IMG/VR virus record: IMGVR_UViG_3300025098_000028
Source of the DNA: an uncultured virus (IMG/VR IMGVR_UViG_3300025098_000028)
Taxonomy: Duplodnaviria > Heunggongvirae > Uroviricota > Caudoviricetes
Length of the DNA: 64,000 nt
Strand: one strand, 5' to 3'
Shown here: positions 1 through 11,148 of the stretch, piece by piece
How the letters are laid out: every line of letters starts with the position of its first letter
Numbering within the stretch: the first letter of the stretch is position 1
Made by a program: the position numbers and the translations under genes
The notes under the pieces: generated by a model
The model's database searches: none
What the model was told of the DNA's origin: nothing
Seen by the model: the letters and a program-made list of their open reading frames with translations, nothing else

Positions 1-804
1 ATCTATTTGTGCGAAAGCGGCCCCAGTTGCGAATCTTGCACCCTCAATAGTAAGTGTTGTAGTAATGCCGGTATCACCAGTTCTCGCTAATGTTCCATCT
101 CCCTTAACTTCTAATTTTGTGGTGGGGGAAGCCGTACCAATACCTACTCTTTTTTCGGAAGCATTTATTCTCATAACTTCTGCTCCTGCCGTATTACCGT
201 CTTTTACTTTGAAAATAATATCTTTATCTGCTTCTTTTGCTTCTATTTCTATATTTCCTGCATTAGATTGTATTGTTAATCCTTCTGTGTATTCGTTGTT
301 ATTATTTTCTCTAGCAATACTCAAACTGCTAGTTTTTTTATCGGCAGTTAAATATTGTATTTCCGGTGCGGTGGAACCGCCTAAATATTTTATTACTGCT
401 ACTATGGTATCTCCTGCGGTCAAATCGGGTATTGTATTTGTGGTAGTAGAAGTTCTCAAAAGTATTTGCGTAGAACCGCTAGAAGATGGTTTAGGTGCAA
501 CCACTAAATGAAAACTATTTATCGGAGGGGCAATTGCTATAGTTTGAGCATTACCAGTTACACCACATCTTTTCCCTTCTATTATTCCTATTCCCGCAGT
601 AACAGTAACAAAATTATTTCCAGTGCTTCCTTGTGCAGAAGAATTACTTATAGTAATATCACACCCACTGATAATAGACCTATCCGACATAGCCCCGTTT
701 AGTGCTTTAATTAGTCCACTATGAGGAAAATCTACTGCGTCTTTTATTTGATTAAGTGGGCTTGCATTACTTGATGTGCTAAAATAATTAGGGTTACTTA
801 CCAT
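1..804 (-). CDS. Putative tail fibre / tail-associated protein (runs off window edge)
   Basis: Not in ORF track. Manual translation from ATG at 804 (MVSNPNYFSTSS...DFPHSGLIKALN...) includes RVGIGTASPTTKLEVKG, a motif typical of phage tail fibres; last gene of the tail operon in this window. Confidence 0.65.
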   Translation of the reverse strand, partial: MVSNPNYFSTSSNASPLNQIKDAVDFPHSGLIKALNGAMSDRSIISGCDITISNSSAQGSTGNNFVTVTAGIGIIEGKRCGVTGNAQTIAIAPPINSFHLVVAPKPSSSGSTQILLRTSTTTNTIPDLTAGDTIVAVIKYLGGSTAPEIQYLTADKKTSSLSIARENNNNEYTEGLTIQSNAGNIEIEAKEADKDIIFKVKDGNTAGAEVMRINASEKRVGIGTASPTTKLEVKGDGTLARTGDTGITTTLTIEGARFATGAAFAQID

Positions 805-805
805 T

Positions 806-1147
806 CTACTCTACCTCCATTGTTATGAAAATTTCAAGAGTTTCACTATTTGTTATCGGCCCAACTGCGTCAAAATTAATTCTTTGAAGCATATCGGGTG
901 TAGAATTAAAAAGACCAACTTCTCTAATGGTCTTGCCATTTAAAGCAGAACCGGAAATTGTTAATTTAACATCTATAACTCCTCCCGTTTGACTAACTGT
1001 TGTCGAGAGTCCTGTTAGGAGAGGAACATCTAATACATTGTTACTCGGATTAGTTGAATTTCCTCCTTGGCCAACAGCCCCCGAACCACTAGTTAATGCG
1101 GTGTTCAATTGGGAAGCGATAAATTCTCTCATTTTTTCTGTTATCAT
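806..1147 (-). CDS. Small baseplate / tail-fibre attachment protein
   Basis: IREVGLF motif typical of baseplate/fibre-collar proteins; lies between the large baseplate gene and the fibre gene. Confidence 0.55.
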   Translation of the reverse strand: MITEKMREFIASQLNTALTSGSGAVGQGGNSTNPSNNVLDVPLLTGLSTTVSQTGGVIDVKLTISGSALNGKTIREVGLFNSTPDMLQRINFDAVGPITNSETLEIFITMEVE

Positions 1148-4100
1148 ATTAAGTCCTCCTCTTTCAGCAAGGTTGCTGTACTAGAACCACCTATACCTAG
1201 TGGAGTTGTGTTTGTATTTAGTGTTGTTGTAAAACCTAAAGTTGCTCCCGAAGTTGCTCTCTTCCTAATGGTTAGAGAGATTGGCTTAACCTTAATTTTT
1301 TCTAAGAAGTCTAAAGAAGGGGTTTTTGATATATAGTCCTGCGACCTGTTTTTGTTTGCATTGTTCTGTGTTTTAAGCAATAATTCTGAAAATACATCTT
1401 CTAATCTTTTAGAATATCTGCCTATTTCTAAAGTAACAAAGCCGAACAATTCGTGATTTACATTCAATACTAAGAAATTAGATAGTCCAATATTTTCTTG
1501 CTTAGATTCAAACTGTATTATATCCCCTGCTTTTACTTGTTCTACGCCTGTTGGTATTACCTTTATTTTGTGCTTTATGTTTAGATTACCGTGTATGTCT
1601 AGTAGTTTAGAAGCCTGTCTGTCTACCTCTTGTTGGGTAAGTAAACTACCATCCACTTCTTCTAGTGTTTTTCTTCCTATCTTATTTATGCTGTTTAGAT
1701 TTCTTTTTGTTCCTTTATGTGCCGCACCATAAACAATAACTTCATTATAAAAGTCAAATGTTGTTTTAGTAGATTCAAATTCTATTAATTTATCATCATC
1801 AATAAGTATATTTGTTACTAGACTAGAATCGCTATGAGGAACTACAGAAAAGACTCCTTCTGTTTCTAATAGCCTCAAATCTTTTTTCTTTAATAAGAAA
1901 TTTATAGCAGTAAAGGCAGAAACACCTCTAAACTCCGGTGCAACAAACAAAGGATATGTTATGGTAGAATTAGTGAACTCTATTCCTTCTTCTTCAAATA
2001 TTTCATTGATTAGAGATTCTGTTTCATCTGTTATTGTAACTGTAGAACCAATACAGGCTCTAGTTGGATTTATTTTTAATTCTTCTAATGAGTCCACAAT
2101 AAAGGTTTGCGAAACTGAAATGACACCGTTTAATTTCTTCTTATTTGGTATAACCAAAGCATCTGCTGAACCAATCTTCGTGCATTTTGTGTTGCTTTTA
2201 AAAGAGTTTTTGCCATCACTAAAGAACAAATCTAAGTCTCCCTCTCCCAAAGGATTGACAGTCGAGACTAAATTACCACTACCTTGTTTATCTGCGTCTA
2301 AGGCAACATACATAGACAATACTGCTTCGTTTGTTGTTTCGTATTGTCTACCACCTTCAGTAAAGAAATAATTATTTTTTTGTTTTCCATACATTTCCTT
2401 AGAGTTTGCCTTTTTAGTGTATTCTGCTCTAGGAACAAGCAACTCGATATTATCCGGTGAGGTTTCATAAAAACATACAGGATTAGGTTGCATGACTCTA
2501 TAAGCAGTATCATCAATTAACTCCGCCTCCGTATATATTTCTACATCTGCGGAAGCCTCGTTTACTTCATGAGCATAAACATATATTGGAGTGGTTTTAA
2601 CTCCTATAATAGAATCTACAGAATTAACGGTAGAAGAACCGCTTTCCGGCACTAAATAACAGCCTGTTAAATCAACAAAACTTAACCATGCAGTTTTTTC
2701 AGAATGTGTGGGTGTGAATACAGTTTTGTAAATATCTCCACCGGATGATTTATGAGTGTTAGAGTTTCCTTGCCCCGATTGATTTGAGTCATAAAATAGA
2801 CGGAGTTTGAATCCTAAATAAGCACCATCGGCAGGTGAACGGTCATCGGATGTTCTATAGTTATGGAAAGTAGTATCGGTTGTTCTAAAAAATTGTTTAA
2901 AGTGCCTTAGTGAAGCGATTTTTACTATTTCTACACCGCCTATATGTGTTCCTCCGGCATTATTTGTAGTAGTGGAATCACCCAAAACGCCTGTGCAATT
3001 TCCTGCTTCAAGTTTATGAAAAGAGTCTTCTATTCCGTATCTATCTAAAACTACACCTATTGTTCCGCCAAAAGAGTTATTGCCTAAATCCGGATTCCCT
3101 GCTCTAAATAGATTCTGCGCTCTAGGTATGGTAAAAGCACCATTATGGTCAATAGTATAAAATTGGCTTGTAAACATTTTTTGTGGGAAGATAGTAGGCA
3201 AAACCAGTTCGGTATGGTTGTTATGAATTATCGCTGTGCCACCGTTTTTGCCCCTAGCATAGTCGTTGGGTTCTTGTCCATAATCATAGTTTTGATTATA
3301 AGGAACAATAGCCCCTTTTAACGGGTGATAGCCGGCATCTCCATCGGCATCTATGCTATCCTTTCCATCTCTACCTCTAATGTTACTACCATAAATGCCT
3401 TTAACCAAAACAGGATTAGCGTGAGTTACTGAAAAACTAGGAGTATAAACATCATCTGCCGCATTTCTTACAATATTTACAGTTGAAGTGTTAGATTGGC
3501 TTCCATCAACTTTACCTATAAATTTATTTTGAGCCGTCCAAATTTGGTCGGTGTCCGATACATTTACATTAGATGCAAATGTTACTGTGGGAGGATTACT
3601 TTGACCATTTATTCCAGTAATGTTAGGCAATATTATAGCGTCTTTCACAAAGAACGCTTCAACAAATGAATTGGGAGGATTAGGATATACTTCATTTACA
3701 TTCTTTTCGGGATTTATTAAGATAAAATTTTCATCATAAACACATTCTGTAAGTCTCATCAAGTTACACCTTTTAAGAGAATGAAGTTCTTGATTTGTGC
3801 TAAAAGATAAAGTTTGAAAGTTAGAGTCTTTAACAATAACATTATCATTTTGTGTCTTAGTTGTTCCATCTGTTAAAAACAAATTATAATCATTTACTTC
3901 TTTTAGAGGAGAAAGTATGCTTCCACTTCTTAAGGAATAATACGGTAAAATATCACAGGTTATGTATAAAAATAACCTAGTAAAAGAATAGTCTTTACTG
4001 TTGTAAATATAGGTTGTTGAAGATTTAGACATCCTAGAATCATGTAAGTTAATGGCCGTAGGAAAATTTCTGTTATTTCTTGTTAAAGAAGTTATATTGC

Positions 4101-7100
4101 TACCGAAAGGGCTAGTTAATCCCCTCATATCATACGGTATTTTTCTATTAGTATCTGTTTTGTTTTCTTCTATAACATTATCTAACCCCGAATTGACATT
4201 TGGTTTAAATTGATAACAAGTGAAATTTTTGGTAAAATTACTCCCTCTACTACCATATAACTGTTGTAAAACATTATCATTATTATTAAAACTCTCAATA
4301 AAATTAAAACTTTCGTGCGCTATTCTCCTTGTGTCGGAGTTAAATGTTTTGTAAATAGGCATTCCGAATATCGTGGCAATATCTGTAGTATTCAAGTGCA
4401 TGTTAAAGGGAACCAATCCTCTCCCTACAGGTGATGAGTTTATTCTGTGATGAGGTATTGTAATCATTTTTCCTCCCCAAAGATGTGCCGAGTTTATTAG
4501 ATTGATGTGACTCCTTTTTCTAGTCGAATAATAAATAGTATCTCCGGTAGTAAAGTGTAGTTGTGTTCCGCTATTTGTTTCGGTTCTATCCAATGATACC
4601 ATTATTATGTCTGTGTTTGTAGATGGAGTGCCACTAGCATATAAATTAGCAGATGTTTGTCTTATGTATATATCTAATACATATCCTATGAAGGCTTTAG
4701 TATCAGTAGTTCCGTCAAAATTATCAGCATATAGAGGGTCGCCAATATTTACATTAGCAGATAATGAATTAGTTAAAAAGGATGCCGTTCTACTTGAAGA
4801 ACTATGTGCCGTAACTGTTGCGGCAGTAAGATATGTGGTTTCTATTCTGTCATTTGCTAAACCTTCATAAGTTATTTTTCTGCCTAAACTTAAAGGCATA
4901 TATGGTGCTAATTCTATTTCTGTAACATTATCTTTTTTGGTTGTTGAAACCACTTCAAAATCTATCAAACTATCAACTGTATCAAAATTACTTTCTCCAT
5001 TATTTCCTATTTCGTCCTTTAATTTACATTGAAAGGCATTGTCATTAGCAATACTAGAAGGTTCATGCATTTGATAACCTATGGCTCTATTATCTGTTGA
5101 AGAATATTTACCAGTAGTTAAATCAAAAGAACCAAAAGAAGATGTATCTACTAAACTATCTCCTTCTGCTCCATTTAAATCTAAACCTAAATTCATGTTT
5201 CCCGCAGTAAATATAAGTCCTTTATTAGCAGTTCCTATCAACGAAGTTGCAGAAGAAGAAATGTGAGAAGAACCTAGTGCTTTTGTGAACATATAATTTT
5301 TTTCAGTCTGTTTGTATATTGTTTCTCCTGCCGCTATTTTTACTAGGGAATTAGTTATGCTAACTTTAACATGATTTGAATTATTATAGACAGTAAGGGA
5401 ATTAGATGTTACTCTCCCTATAAAACCACTAGCCGTAAACAATAAATCTCCTTTAACCGGAACAGATGTTAAGTTTCCTTGCGTTACTCCTAATTGTATT
5501 TCTGTAGCAAAACAATTAGTGGAGTTAGGCGCACTACCGCCATTCCCTATAACCGCAGTTAGTTTATTATATGGACTTAGTGAGGAATAAACAATATCTT
5601 CACTAAATAAAGCATTTTTATTTACTACAGGAGAAAGAAGTTTATTCATCGAGTCTCTTCCTTTTATATCTAAATAGGTTTGACCTTCCTCTTTTATTTG
5701 ATTAATCTCTTCTACTTCTCCTGTGAATCTTGTAGAAAATACTCTATATTCTCCTTTAGCAAACTTAACTGCTTCTACCCCATAATAACTTTTAAACTCA
5801 TTATCATCTAAAAGACCATTAAAAGTTAAAGTTGATTGGTCAATGTTTTTTGCTGTGACTTCTCCGAATAAATTTTTAAGGTTTCCAGATGTAAAAACTA
5901 TTTCTAGTTTATCAACTCCGCCACTTAAATCCATAGTTGTAAATATTCTTTGATTTGTATAATCTAAAGCCCTTCTTTGTAAAGTATCTCCTACAGTTGG
6001 ATTAAAGGTAACTGAAGTAAATGTATTCTTTCCTGCTTCTCTTTTTTCTGCCCTTACTGTTATGTTCGTGCCACTAACGGCCTCTACTAACATAATTGTA
6101 GTTCCTAATCTTATTTCGTCTCCAACTCCCAATACTGTTTGTAAGTTGTATTCAGTATCAAAGACAAATACATTTGTGGATGAAGTAGAAGAATAAGTGG
6201 CTTTTAAATCAACAAAGTCGTTTAAGTTACCAATGTGAACTAATTGCTTTGTTTGGTATAGAGTATGTTCTTCTATCTTTTTTCGCATAATTCTAGCGTT
6301 ATCTATAATTCTAGTTTCGGAAAAACTACCCTGCTCTATTGAATCTTCGGTTTCGTGTTGAGAAACTCCCGTAACTATGTTAGCACTTTTCGGAGAAGTA
6401 TCGTAGTGTAAATATTTAGTTGGGCCGGTTTGAAACCAAGTTGAATCAATATTGTTATTATCGTCTCTTCTAGCGTTTGGATAGGCTAATGTATAATTTG
6501 TATAATCTGTAGTAATAGAATCTGCACCATTGAAAGTGAAATTTAATAATGTAGTTCCCGAAGGAGTTGTGCCGAAACCATCTTCGTCTATATTTCTCAA
6601 TACATCTGTCACTGTCACTGTTAATCCAAACTTACTATAATCAATAATTCTTTTACCGAAGTCTTGTTGTGTTCTAAATACTACCCCTGTAGTACCTGTT
6701 CCCATTTGGATTGTTCCGTTTCCAGTCCTAGAATTCATATGAGCAATATATTTTCTATTGTGATTTAATTCATTTTTCTTATCCAATTTACCATGACCAG
6801 ACGAAATTTCTTTATTATTATAAAAATAAAAATGCGGTCTTGCACAAACAATATTATTTTTTAGATTATAGGTGCTTTCTTGTTTTAGCCCAATTGATAA
6901 TGCTACTATTGAATCGTTATTTACTCCGGTAATAACTCTATATTTTGTTCCTTTTGGTATTTCATTACCCATTCTTGGTTCGAACTCAAAGGCATCTCCG
7001 GTAGTAGTTCCGTTTCCGCTATCTTCCGCTACTAGATTAGTTATTTTAGCAAAATGATGTTTAGCAGGGTCATCCGAATGTATTAAAACAAAATAGTCAA

Positions 7101-7344
7101 TTGTTCCGAAAGAAGATAGAGTTAATAAATTACTGCCATCCGTATCGTGTTTAATTCTAAATCCTTTAGTATTTGTTTGGTTAGAGACTTCGCTACCTAT
7201 AGTAAAGGTAGAATTGCCGTTTTCTCTATCTTGTATCAAAACAGCAAATAAATCCCCATCAGTAATTGATGAATCTGCAAATTTAGGATTTGTTGGAGAC
7301 TCATCCCTGTTAGCCTGTGTATTAGGGCTTACATCTATAGCCAT
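1144..7344 (-). CDS. Large tail tip / baseplate hub-like protein, 2066 aa
   Basis: Beta-rich Ser/Thr/Asn/Gly composition; hub-like segments (FTGEVEEI..IKGRD; FYNEVIVYG; VKAGDIIQF..FLVLNVNH); downstream of the tape measure gene. Confidence 0.65.
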   Translation of the reverse strand: MAIDVSPNTQANRDESPTNPKFADSSITDGDLFAVLIQDRENGNSTFTIGSEVSNQTNTKGFRIKHDTDGSNLLTLSSFGTIDYFVLIHSDDPAKHHFAKITNLVAEDSGNGTTTGDAFEFEPRMGNEIPKGTKYRVITGVNNDSIVALSIGLKQESTYNLKNNIVCARPHFYFYNNKEISSGHGKLDKKNELNHNRKYIAHMNSRTGNGTIQMGTGTTGVVFRTQQDFGKRIIDYSKFGLTVTVTDVLRNIDEDGFGTTPSGTTLLNFTFNGADSITTDYTNYTLAYPNARRDDNNNIDSTWFQTGPTKYLHYDTSPKSANIVTGVSQHETEDSIEQGSFSETRIIDNARIMRKKIEEHTLYQTKQLVHIGNLNDFVDLKATYSSTSSTNVFVFDTEYNLQTVLGVGDEIRLGTTIMLVEAVSGTNITVRAEKREAGKNTFTSVTFNPTVGDTLQRRALDYTNQRIFTTMDLSGGVDKLEIVFTSGNLKNLFGEVTAKNIDQSTLTFNGLLDDNEFKSYYGVEAVKFAKGEYRVFSTRFTGEVEEINQIKEEGQTYLDIKGRDSMNKLLSPVVNKNALFSEDIVYSSLSPYNKLTAVIGNGGSAPNSTNCFATEIQLGVTQGNLTSVPVKGDLLFTASGFIGRVTSNSLTVYNNSNHVKVSITNSLVKIAAGETIYKQTEKNYMFTKALGSSHISSSATSLIGTANKGLIFTAGNMNLGLDLNGAEGDSLVDTSSFGSFDLTTGKYSSTDNRAIGYQMHEPSSIANDNAFQCKLKDEIGNNGESNFDTVDSLIDFEVVSTTKKDNVTEIELAPYMPLSLGRKITYEGLANDRIETTYLTAATVTAHSSSSRTASFLTNSLSANVNIGDPLYADNFDGTTDTKAFIGYVLDIYIRQTSANLYASGTPSTNTDIIMVSLDRTETNSGTQLHFTTGDTIYYSTRKRSHINLINSAHLWGGKMITIPHHRINSSPVGRGLVPFNMHLNTTDIATIFGMPIYKTFNSDTRRIAHESFNFIESFNNNDNVLQQLYGSRGSNFTKNFTCYQFKPNVNSGLDNVIEENKTDTNRKIPYDMRGLTSPFGSNITSLTRNNRNFPTAINLHDSRMSKSSTTYIYNSKDYSFTRLFLYITCDILPYYSLRSGSILSPLKEVNDYNLFLTDGTTKTQNDNVIVKDSNFQTLSFSTNQELHSLKRCNLMRLTECVYDENFILINPEKNVNEVYPNPPNSFVEAFFVKDAIILPNITGINGQSNPPTVTFASNVNVSDTDQIWTAQNKFIGKVDGSQSNTSTVNIVRNAADDVYTPSFSVTHANPVLVKGIYGSNIRGRDGKDSIDADGDAGYHPLKGAIVPYNQNYDYGQEPNDYARGKNGGTAIIHNNHTELVLPTIFPQKMFTSQFYTIDHNGAFTIPRAQNLFRAGNPDLGNNSFGGTIGVVLDRYGIEDSFHKLEAGNCTGVLGDSTTTNNAGGTHIGGVEIVKIASLRHFKQFFRTTDTTFHNYRTSDDRSPADGAYLGFKLRLFYDSNQSGQGNSNTHKSSGGDIYKTVFTPTHSEKTAWLSFVDLTGCYLVPESGSSTVNSVDSIIGVKTTPIYVYAHEVNEASADVEIYTEAELIDDTAYRVMQPNPVCFYETSPDNIELLVPRAEYTKKANSKEMYGKQKNNYFFTEGGRQYETTNEAVLSMYVALDADKQGSGNLVSTVNPLGEGDLDLFFSDGKNSFKSNTKCTKIGSADALVIPNKKKLNGVISVSQTFIVDSLEELKINPTRACIGSTVTITDETESLINEIFEEEGIEFTNSTITYPLFVAPEFRGVSAFTAINFLLKKKDLRLLETEGVFSVVPHSDSSLVTNILIDDDKLIEFESTKTTFDFYNEVIVYGAAHKGTKRNLNSINKIGRKTLEEVDGSLLTQQEVDRQASKLLDIHGNLNIKHKIKVIPTGVEQVKAGDIIQFESKQENIGLSNFLVLNVNHELFGFVTLEIGRYSKRLEDVFSELLLKTQNNANKNRSQDYISKTPSLDFLEKIKVKPISLTIRKRATSGATLGFTTTLNTNTTPLGIGGSSTATLLKEEDLI

Positions 7345-8591
7345 TAAGCATCAACCTCCTCAAATCTAAGATAAAATAAAGTATTAGCATAGTTGGGTGT
7401 GAGATTGGTTATACTAGAAAATTGACTCTTAACTGTATTTACAAAAGACATCTCATGTAATTCCCCCATAAATTGTTCATTAGTTACTGCACTTCTTTCC
7501 CCCTGCGGAACCGTACCTCCTCCGTTACCAATTGCCCCTCTATTTTCTAGGCTAGCATCAAAAGCACCGCCATGTGTTCCAGTAGCATTAGCACCAATAT
7601 ACATATTTTCTCTTAAAAACTCAAATGTTTCTGTGCTAGAACTAGTGCCTGTAAATATTAAACTACCATCTAAGAATATATTTATTCTCTTATCGGTATC
7701 ATCATAAGAACAAGCAACATGAAAAAGATTATTTACATATGCACAATCTTTTTCGGCTTCAATAAATATTTCTGCTCCGGAATTCAATAGAGAAGTATAG
7801 TCTGTAATTGGGCCACTACCAACATGAACGGTAAGAAAAGTAGTGGCAAGATTCTTCAGTGTTCCTATTTGAATATAAGAATTCCCATCCTTAACAAATA
7901 CATCCTGCGCTCCATGAACAGTTGAATTGACAGGAAATGCACTATTATGTACTACGAATGTTCCATTCATATTTCCTCCGGTATAGCCAAAAGAACCTGC
8001 GGCAGACTCTCCTAATTTTATAAATGTAGTTCTGCCATTTGCATCTAATCCATTGAAACTATCGGAAGATGAATATTTTACATATGTGTCTTTAGTTGGT
8101 TGTATCGCTATAGGACTAGTAAATGTTTCAATAGAATTACTGCCGAGTTTTAACTTTACAACTATTTTGTATTCTGCCGGATTCCTATAGTTATGCTTAG
8201 ATACATTCTGTAGAAACACTTGGAAAGTCGGGCTATAAAATATTGTCATCCTATGGTCTAGTCTATCGCTTTTATACATATAATACTGATTTCCTTCGCC
8301 TGTCGTTCCCGTAAATCCCAAATCGGGAAATATTTTTTTTGAGTTAATTATAGAAATATGACTTTGATTAATAGTATATGCTCCCGACCCGTTAATATCA
8401 TATGGCGTTACTATAGCCTCAAATGTAAATGAACCCTGATGCGCCCAAATACCATAAGGAATATCATCACTAGTATCTGCTGATGTTGTAGCATCGGGAA
8501 CATTCTTCGCATAATCAATTGTTAAGAAACCATTACACATTACGGGAAACACTAAACTTTTTTGTTTTCCTGCAAATATACTGTATGACAT
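7344..8591 (-). CDS. LamG/concanavalin-A-like domain tail protein
   Basis: SFTFEAIV, FHVACSYD..INIFLDG, MYIGA, FMGELHEM motifs of the LamG fold. Confidence 0.7.
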   Translation of the reverse strand: MSYSIFAGKQKSLVFPVMCNGFLTIDYAKNVPDATTSADTSDDIPYGIWAHQGSFTFEAIVTPYDINGSGAYTINQSHISIINSKKIFPDLGFTGTTGEGNQYYMYKSDRLDHRMTIFYSPTFQVFLQNVSKHNYRNPAEYKIVVKLKLGSNSIETFTSPIAIQPTKDTYVKYSSSDSFNGLDANGRTTFIKLGESAAGSFGYTGGNMNGTFVVHNSAFPVNSTVHGAQDVFVKDGNSYIQIGTLKNLATTFLTVHVGSGPITDYTSLLNSGAEIFIEAEKDCAYVNNLFHVACSYDDTDKRINIFLDGSLIFTGTSSSTETFEFLRENMYIGANATGTHGGAFDASLENRGAIGNGGGTVPQGERSAVTNEQFMGELHEMSFVNTVKSQFSSITNLTPNYANTLFYLRFEEVDA

Positions 8592-8600
8592 CTATTCACC

Positions 8601-9260
8601 TCAAGGCAATACTGTGGCTATTGTAAATTCCATATTAAAACTAATCTCTACTGTTTCCGCATTCAAATCATAACTGAATTGAGAAACGAATCCTTTGATT
8701 CCCGTAGTTGAACCCGCAGAAGGAAATGAAGTCGGTCTAACAATATTAGTATTATCTTTACTGAAAGCATCTCCTCTAGCGGCAAAGGTGAGAGGTATTT
8801 GTTGTATAAGAGTTCCTAATTTAGTAACATTAGAGTCAGCCGCTTTACCTCTATCTTCATAATTTTCATTTACTTTAGAATCCATATAAACTAATAATTC
8901 ATTGAACGCTTGGTATCTAGTTAATCCTGTAGCATCCACACCGGAAGCAATCAACTGTGCTATTTCTTGAGCAGTAAATTCTAATGCTATAGGTGTGGCA
9001 GGATTTCCTGTTTCTGTGTGACTTCTTTTTATTTGTGTATCTAATATAAATCCTGTTAAAGTTAATCTTTTAGTTGCCATTCCTAAATCTAATGCTATTT
9101 TTTCCGATTCACCTGTGGCTAATCCCGCAAACGGAATACTAATATTTGGAACGGTTTTATCTACAGAAACGCTAACTGATTGAACCTTTAATGGTATAGT
9201 GTCTACAGCCAAATCAGTTCCACTAAATTTTTGTAGTTTCAAATAAACATAATCTACCAC
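8601..9260 (-). CDS. Putative distal tail (Dit-like) protein
   Basis: Directly after the tape measure gene; beta-rich tube-like pattern (LTLTGFI; GFVSQFSY..ISFNMEF). Confidence 0.5.
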   Translation of the reverse strand: MVDYVYLKLQKFSGTDLAVDTIPLKVQSVSVSVDKTVPNISIPFAGLATGESEKIALDLGMATKRLTLTGFILDTQIKRSHTETGNPATPIALEFTAQEIAQLIASGVDATGLTRYQAFNELLVYMDSKVNENYEDRGKAADSNVTKLGTLIQQIPLTFAARGDAFSKDNTNIVRPTSFPSAGSTTGIKGFVSQFSYDLNAETVEISFNMEFTIATVLP

Positions 9261-9269
9261 TTAATCACC

Positions 9270-10910
9270 TCACATCGAAGACCTGTTAGGTGTTCTTCTA
9301 TTTATTTTAGAAGATACCATCCTACCTATTTCATCTGCTATTCTTCTCATTTCTGCCTTAGAAGTATCTTTAGCATTAATTGTTATATTATAATTATTAA
9401 CAACACCGCCTTTTGCGTTTCTAGCAATATTTCTACTATCATTATTACTATGAACTCTAGAGCCTCTTGGTAATGAAACTAATTCGGGGCCTTTTTCACC
9501 AACAAGTTGCATTCCTGTTGTTACTGTTCCGCCACTAGAGAAAATTCCTATTTTTTCTCCTAGTTTCTTTAATAGTACACCTATTGCTGTAAGGATAACT
9601 GCCCCTATAACGAATGGGAATCCATAAATAAATGCTAATACTGCGAAACCGATTATTAGTATTCTTTTCAAATTATCTTTTAGATTCCCTTTAAGGTTTA
9701 AGAAATCAACAATAAAGTGCGCTCCTTTTTCTAAAACCTTTAGACCGAATCCAACAACAAAACCAAGTAATCCCATAAATAATGCTCCTGCTATTGAAAA
9801 TGCTACTTGTATTAATCCCCAAGCAAGAGTCCAAAATCCTTCTATTACTCCTAATAAGTCTCCGCTAATCATTGAATCATATATCTGTTTTATGCCTTCA
9901 AATACAAACCCTATTCCTTGCGTTATGGCAGGAAGAACCTTTAATACAAAACTTCCTGCTATTTCTAAGCCTCTCATTATTGGTTTTCTAAGAAGCACGA
10001 TAGCGGCAGTAATCAATACCATGTATAGCATAGCCATAAATAAGAATTTAGCCAAATTAATTAAAACTATTTTTCCAAATTTAAAAACGGTAGTCGCCAC
10101 CATTCCCCACTTAGGGGATTTAAAGAACGCCTTTAATCGTTCCATTCCTGCTTTTCTTCTATCTGTTGCTTCTTTCTTAAGTATGGAAAGTCTATCTTTA
10201 ATATCAATGTTTTTGCTAGCGGCATCAAAGGTTGATTGGTTAAAAAGTCCTCCAAATCTGTCACCGCCACCTGTTCTTCGGGCATTTTGTGATTGAGTTT
10301 GTAGCATTTGCTTTCCTGCAAAATAACCACCACCTTTAGAACTAGCCATAGAAAACACTTTGCCAACGGTACTATCAAAGGAAGGTAGTTTTTTACTTAC
10401 TTTCAAAAAAGTAGTGAGCATACTATCGGCTCCTTCGCCTCCATCTCTAATTCCTCTCATAGCCGCACCCACGGCATCAAAAGAAGTAGCAAGTTGATTT
10501 ATTAATCTAAATGCCCCTCTAGGCATAAAACCATACATTATTCTTCTAGCAGAAGCCGCTTCCATTCCAAATAATCTAACTTCTTCCTTTCCTGATTTCA
10601 TGAATGTAGCGAGATACTCAAAAGTAGTTCCTCCCGCCCTTCTATAATCAGCAAAAGTCTTTGCTCCTAAATTTAATTGGTCATTATTCATTTTAAGAAC
10701 AGTATTTAGAATTTTTGTTCTTTTAGTGATTCCTTCGGTATTTTCTACAACTTCCCTTAATTCTCTTTTATTTTTTTTAGTAATTTTATTAGCCTGTTCC
10801 ATTTGTTGTGTGTATTCTCGTTGTTCTTTATTTACTTCTTGTAAAGCAGTTTTGAAGGCTTTGAGCATTTGCTCATATTCCTCTTGTTTCTGCCTTATTG
10901 TTTTTACCAT
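9270..10910 (-). CDS. Tail tape measure protein
   Basis: N-terminal coiled coil, hydrophobic helices, C-terminal FSSGGTV..LVGEKGPELV..P.GS.V motif; follows the tail chaperone. Confidence 0.85.
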   Translation of the reverse strand: MVKTIRQKQEEYEQMLKAFKTALQEVNKEQREYTQQMEQANKITKKNKRELREVVENTEGITKRTKILNTVLKMNNDQLNLGAKTFADYRRAGGTTFEYLATFMKSGKEEVRLFGMEAASARRIMYGFMPRGAFRLINQLATSFDAVGAAMRGIRDGGEGADSMLTTFLKVSKKLPSFDSTVGKVFSMASSKGGGYFAGKQMLQTQSQNARRTGGGDRFGGLFNQSTFDAASKNIDIKDRLSILKKEATDRRKAGMERLKAFFKSPKWGMVATTVFKFGKIVLINLAKFLFMAMLYMVLITAAIVLLRKPIMRGLEIAGSFVLKVLPAITQGIGFVFEGIKQIYDSMISGDLLGVIEGFWTLAWGLIQVAFSIAGALFMGLLGFVVGFGLKVLEKGAHFIVDFLNLKGNLKDNLKRILIIGFAVLAFIYGFPFVIGAVILTAIGVLLKKLGEKIGIFSSGGTVTTGMQLVGEKGPELVSLPRGSRVHSNNDSRNIARNAKGGVVNNYNITINAKDTSKAEMRRIADEIGRMVSSKINRRTPNRSSM

Positions 10911-10920
10911 AAAGAACCCC

Positions 10921-11148
10921 TTACCGTTTAGCCTTAGCCTGTCGTTCTATTTTATCATATTCCTCTTTTTCTATTTCTAGCATAGCATTGTGAACCCCTA
11001 ATAAATCCATAACTAAAGAAGAAGGCATCTTATAGACCTCAAGAGGACTAATGCCTAATGCCTTAGATAAGGAATATACAACGATTAAGGACATTTCTTT
11101 GGGGGTTCCTTTAGCCCCTTTAAAAATGGCCTTTATTCGTCGTTTTTT
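10921..11148 (-). CDS. Tail assembly chaperone frameshift extension (gpGT-like)
   Basis: Not in ORF track. -1 frame open from slippery A AAA AAC (11148-11142): RRIKAIFKGAKGTPKEMSLIVVYSLSKALGISPLEVYKMP...AKR* (TAA 10921-10923). Confidence 0.75.
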   Translation of the reverse strand, partial: KKRRIKAIFKGAKGTPKEMSLIVVYSLSKALGISPLEVYKMPSSLVMDLLGVHNAMLEIEKEEYDKIERQAKAKR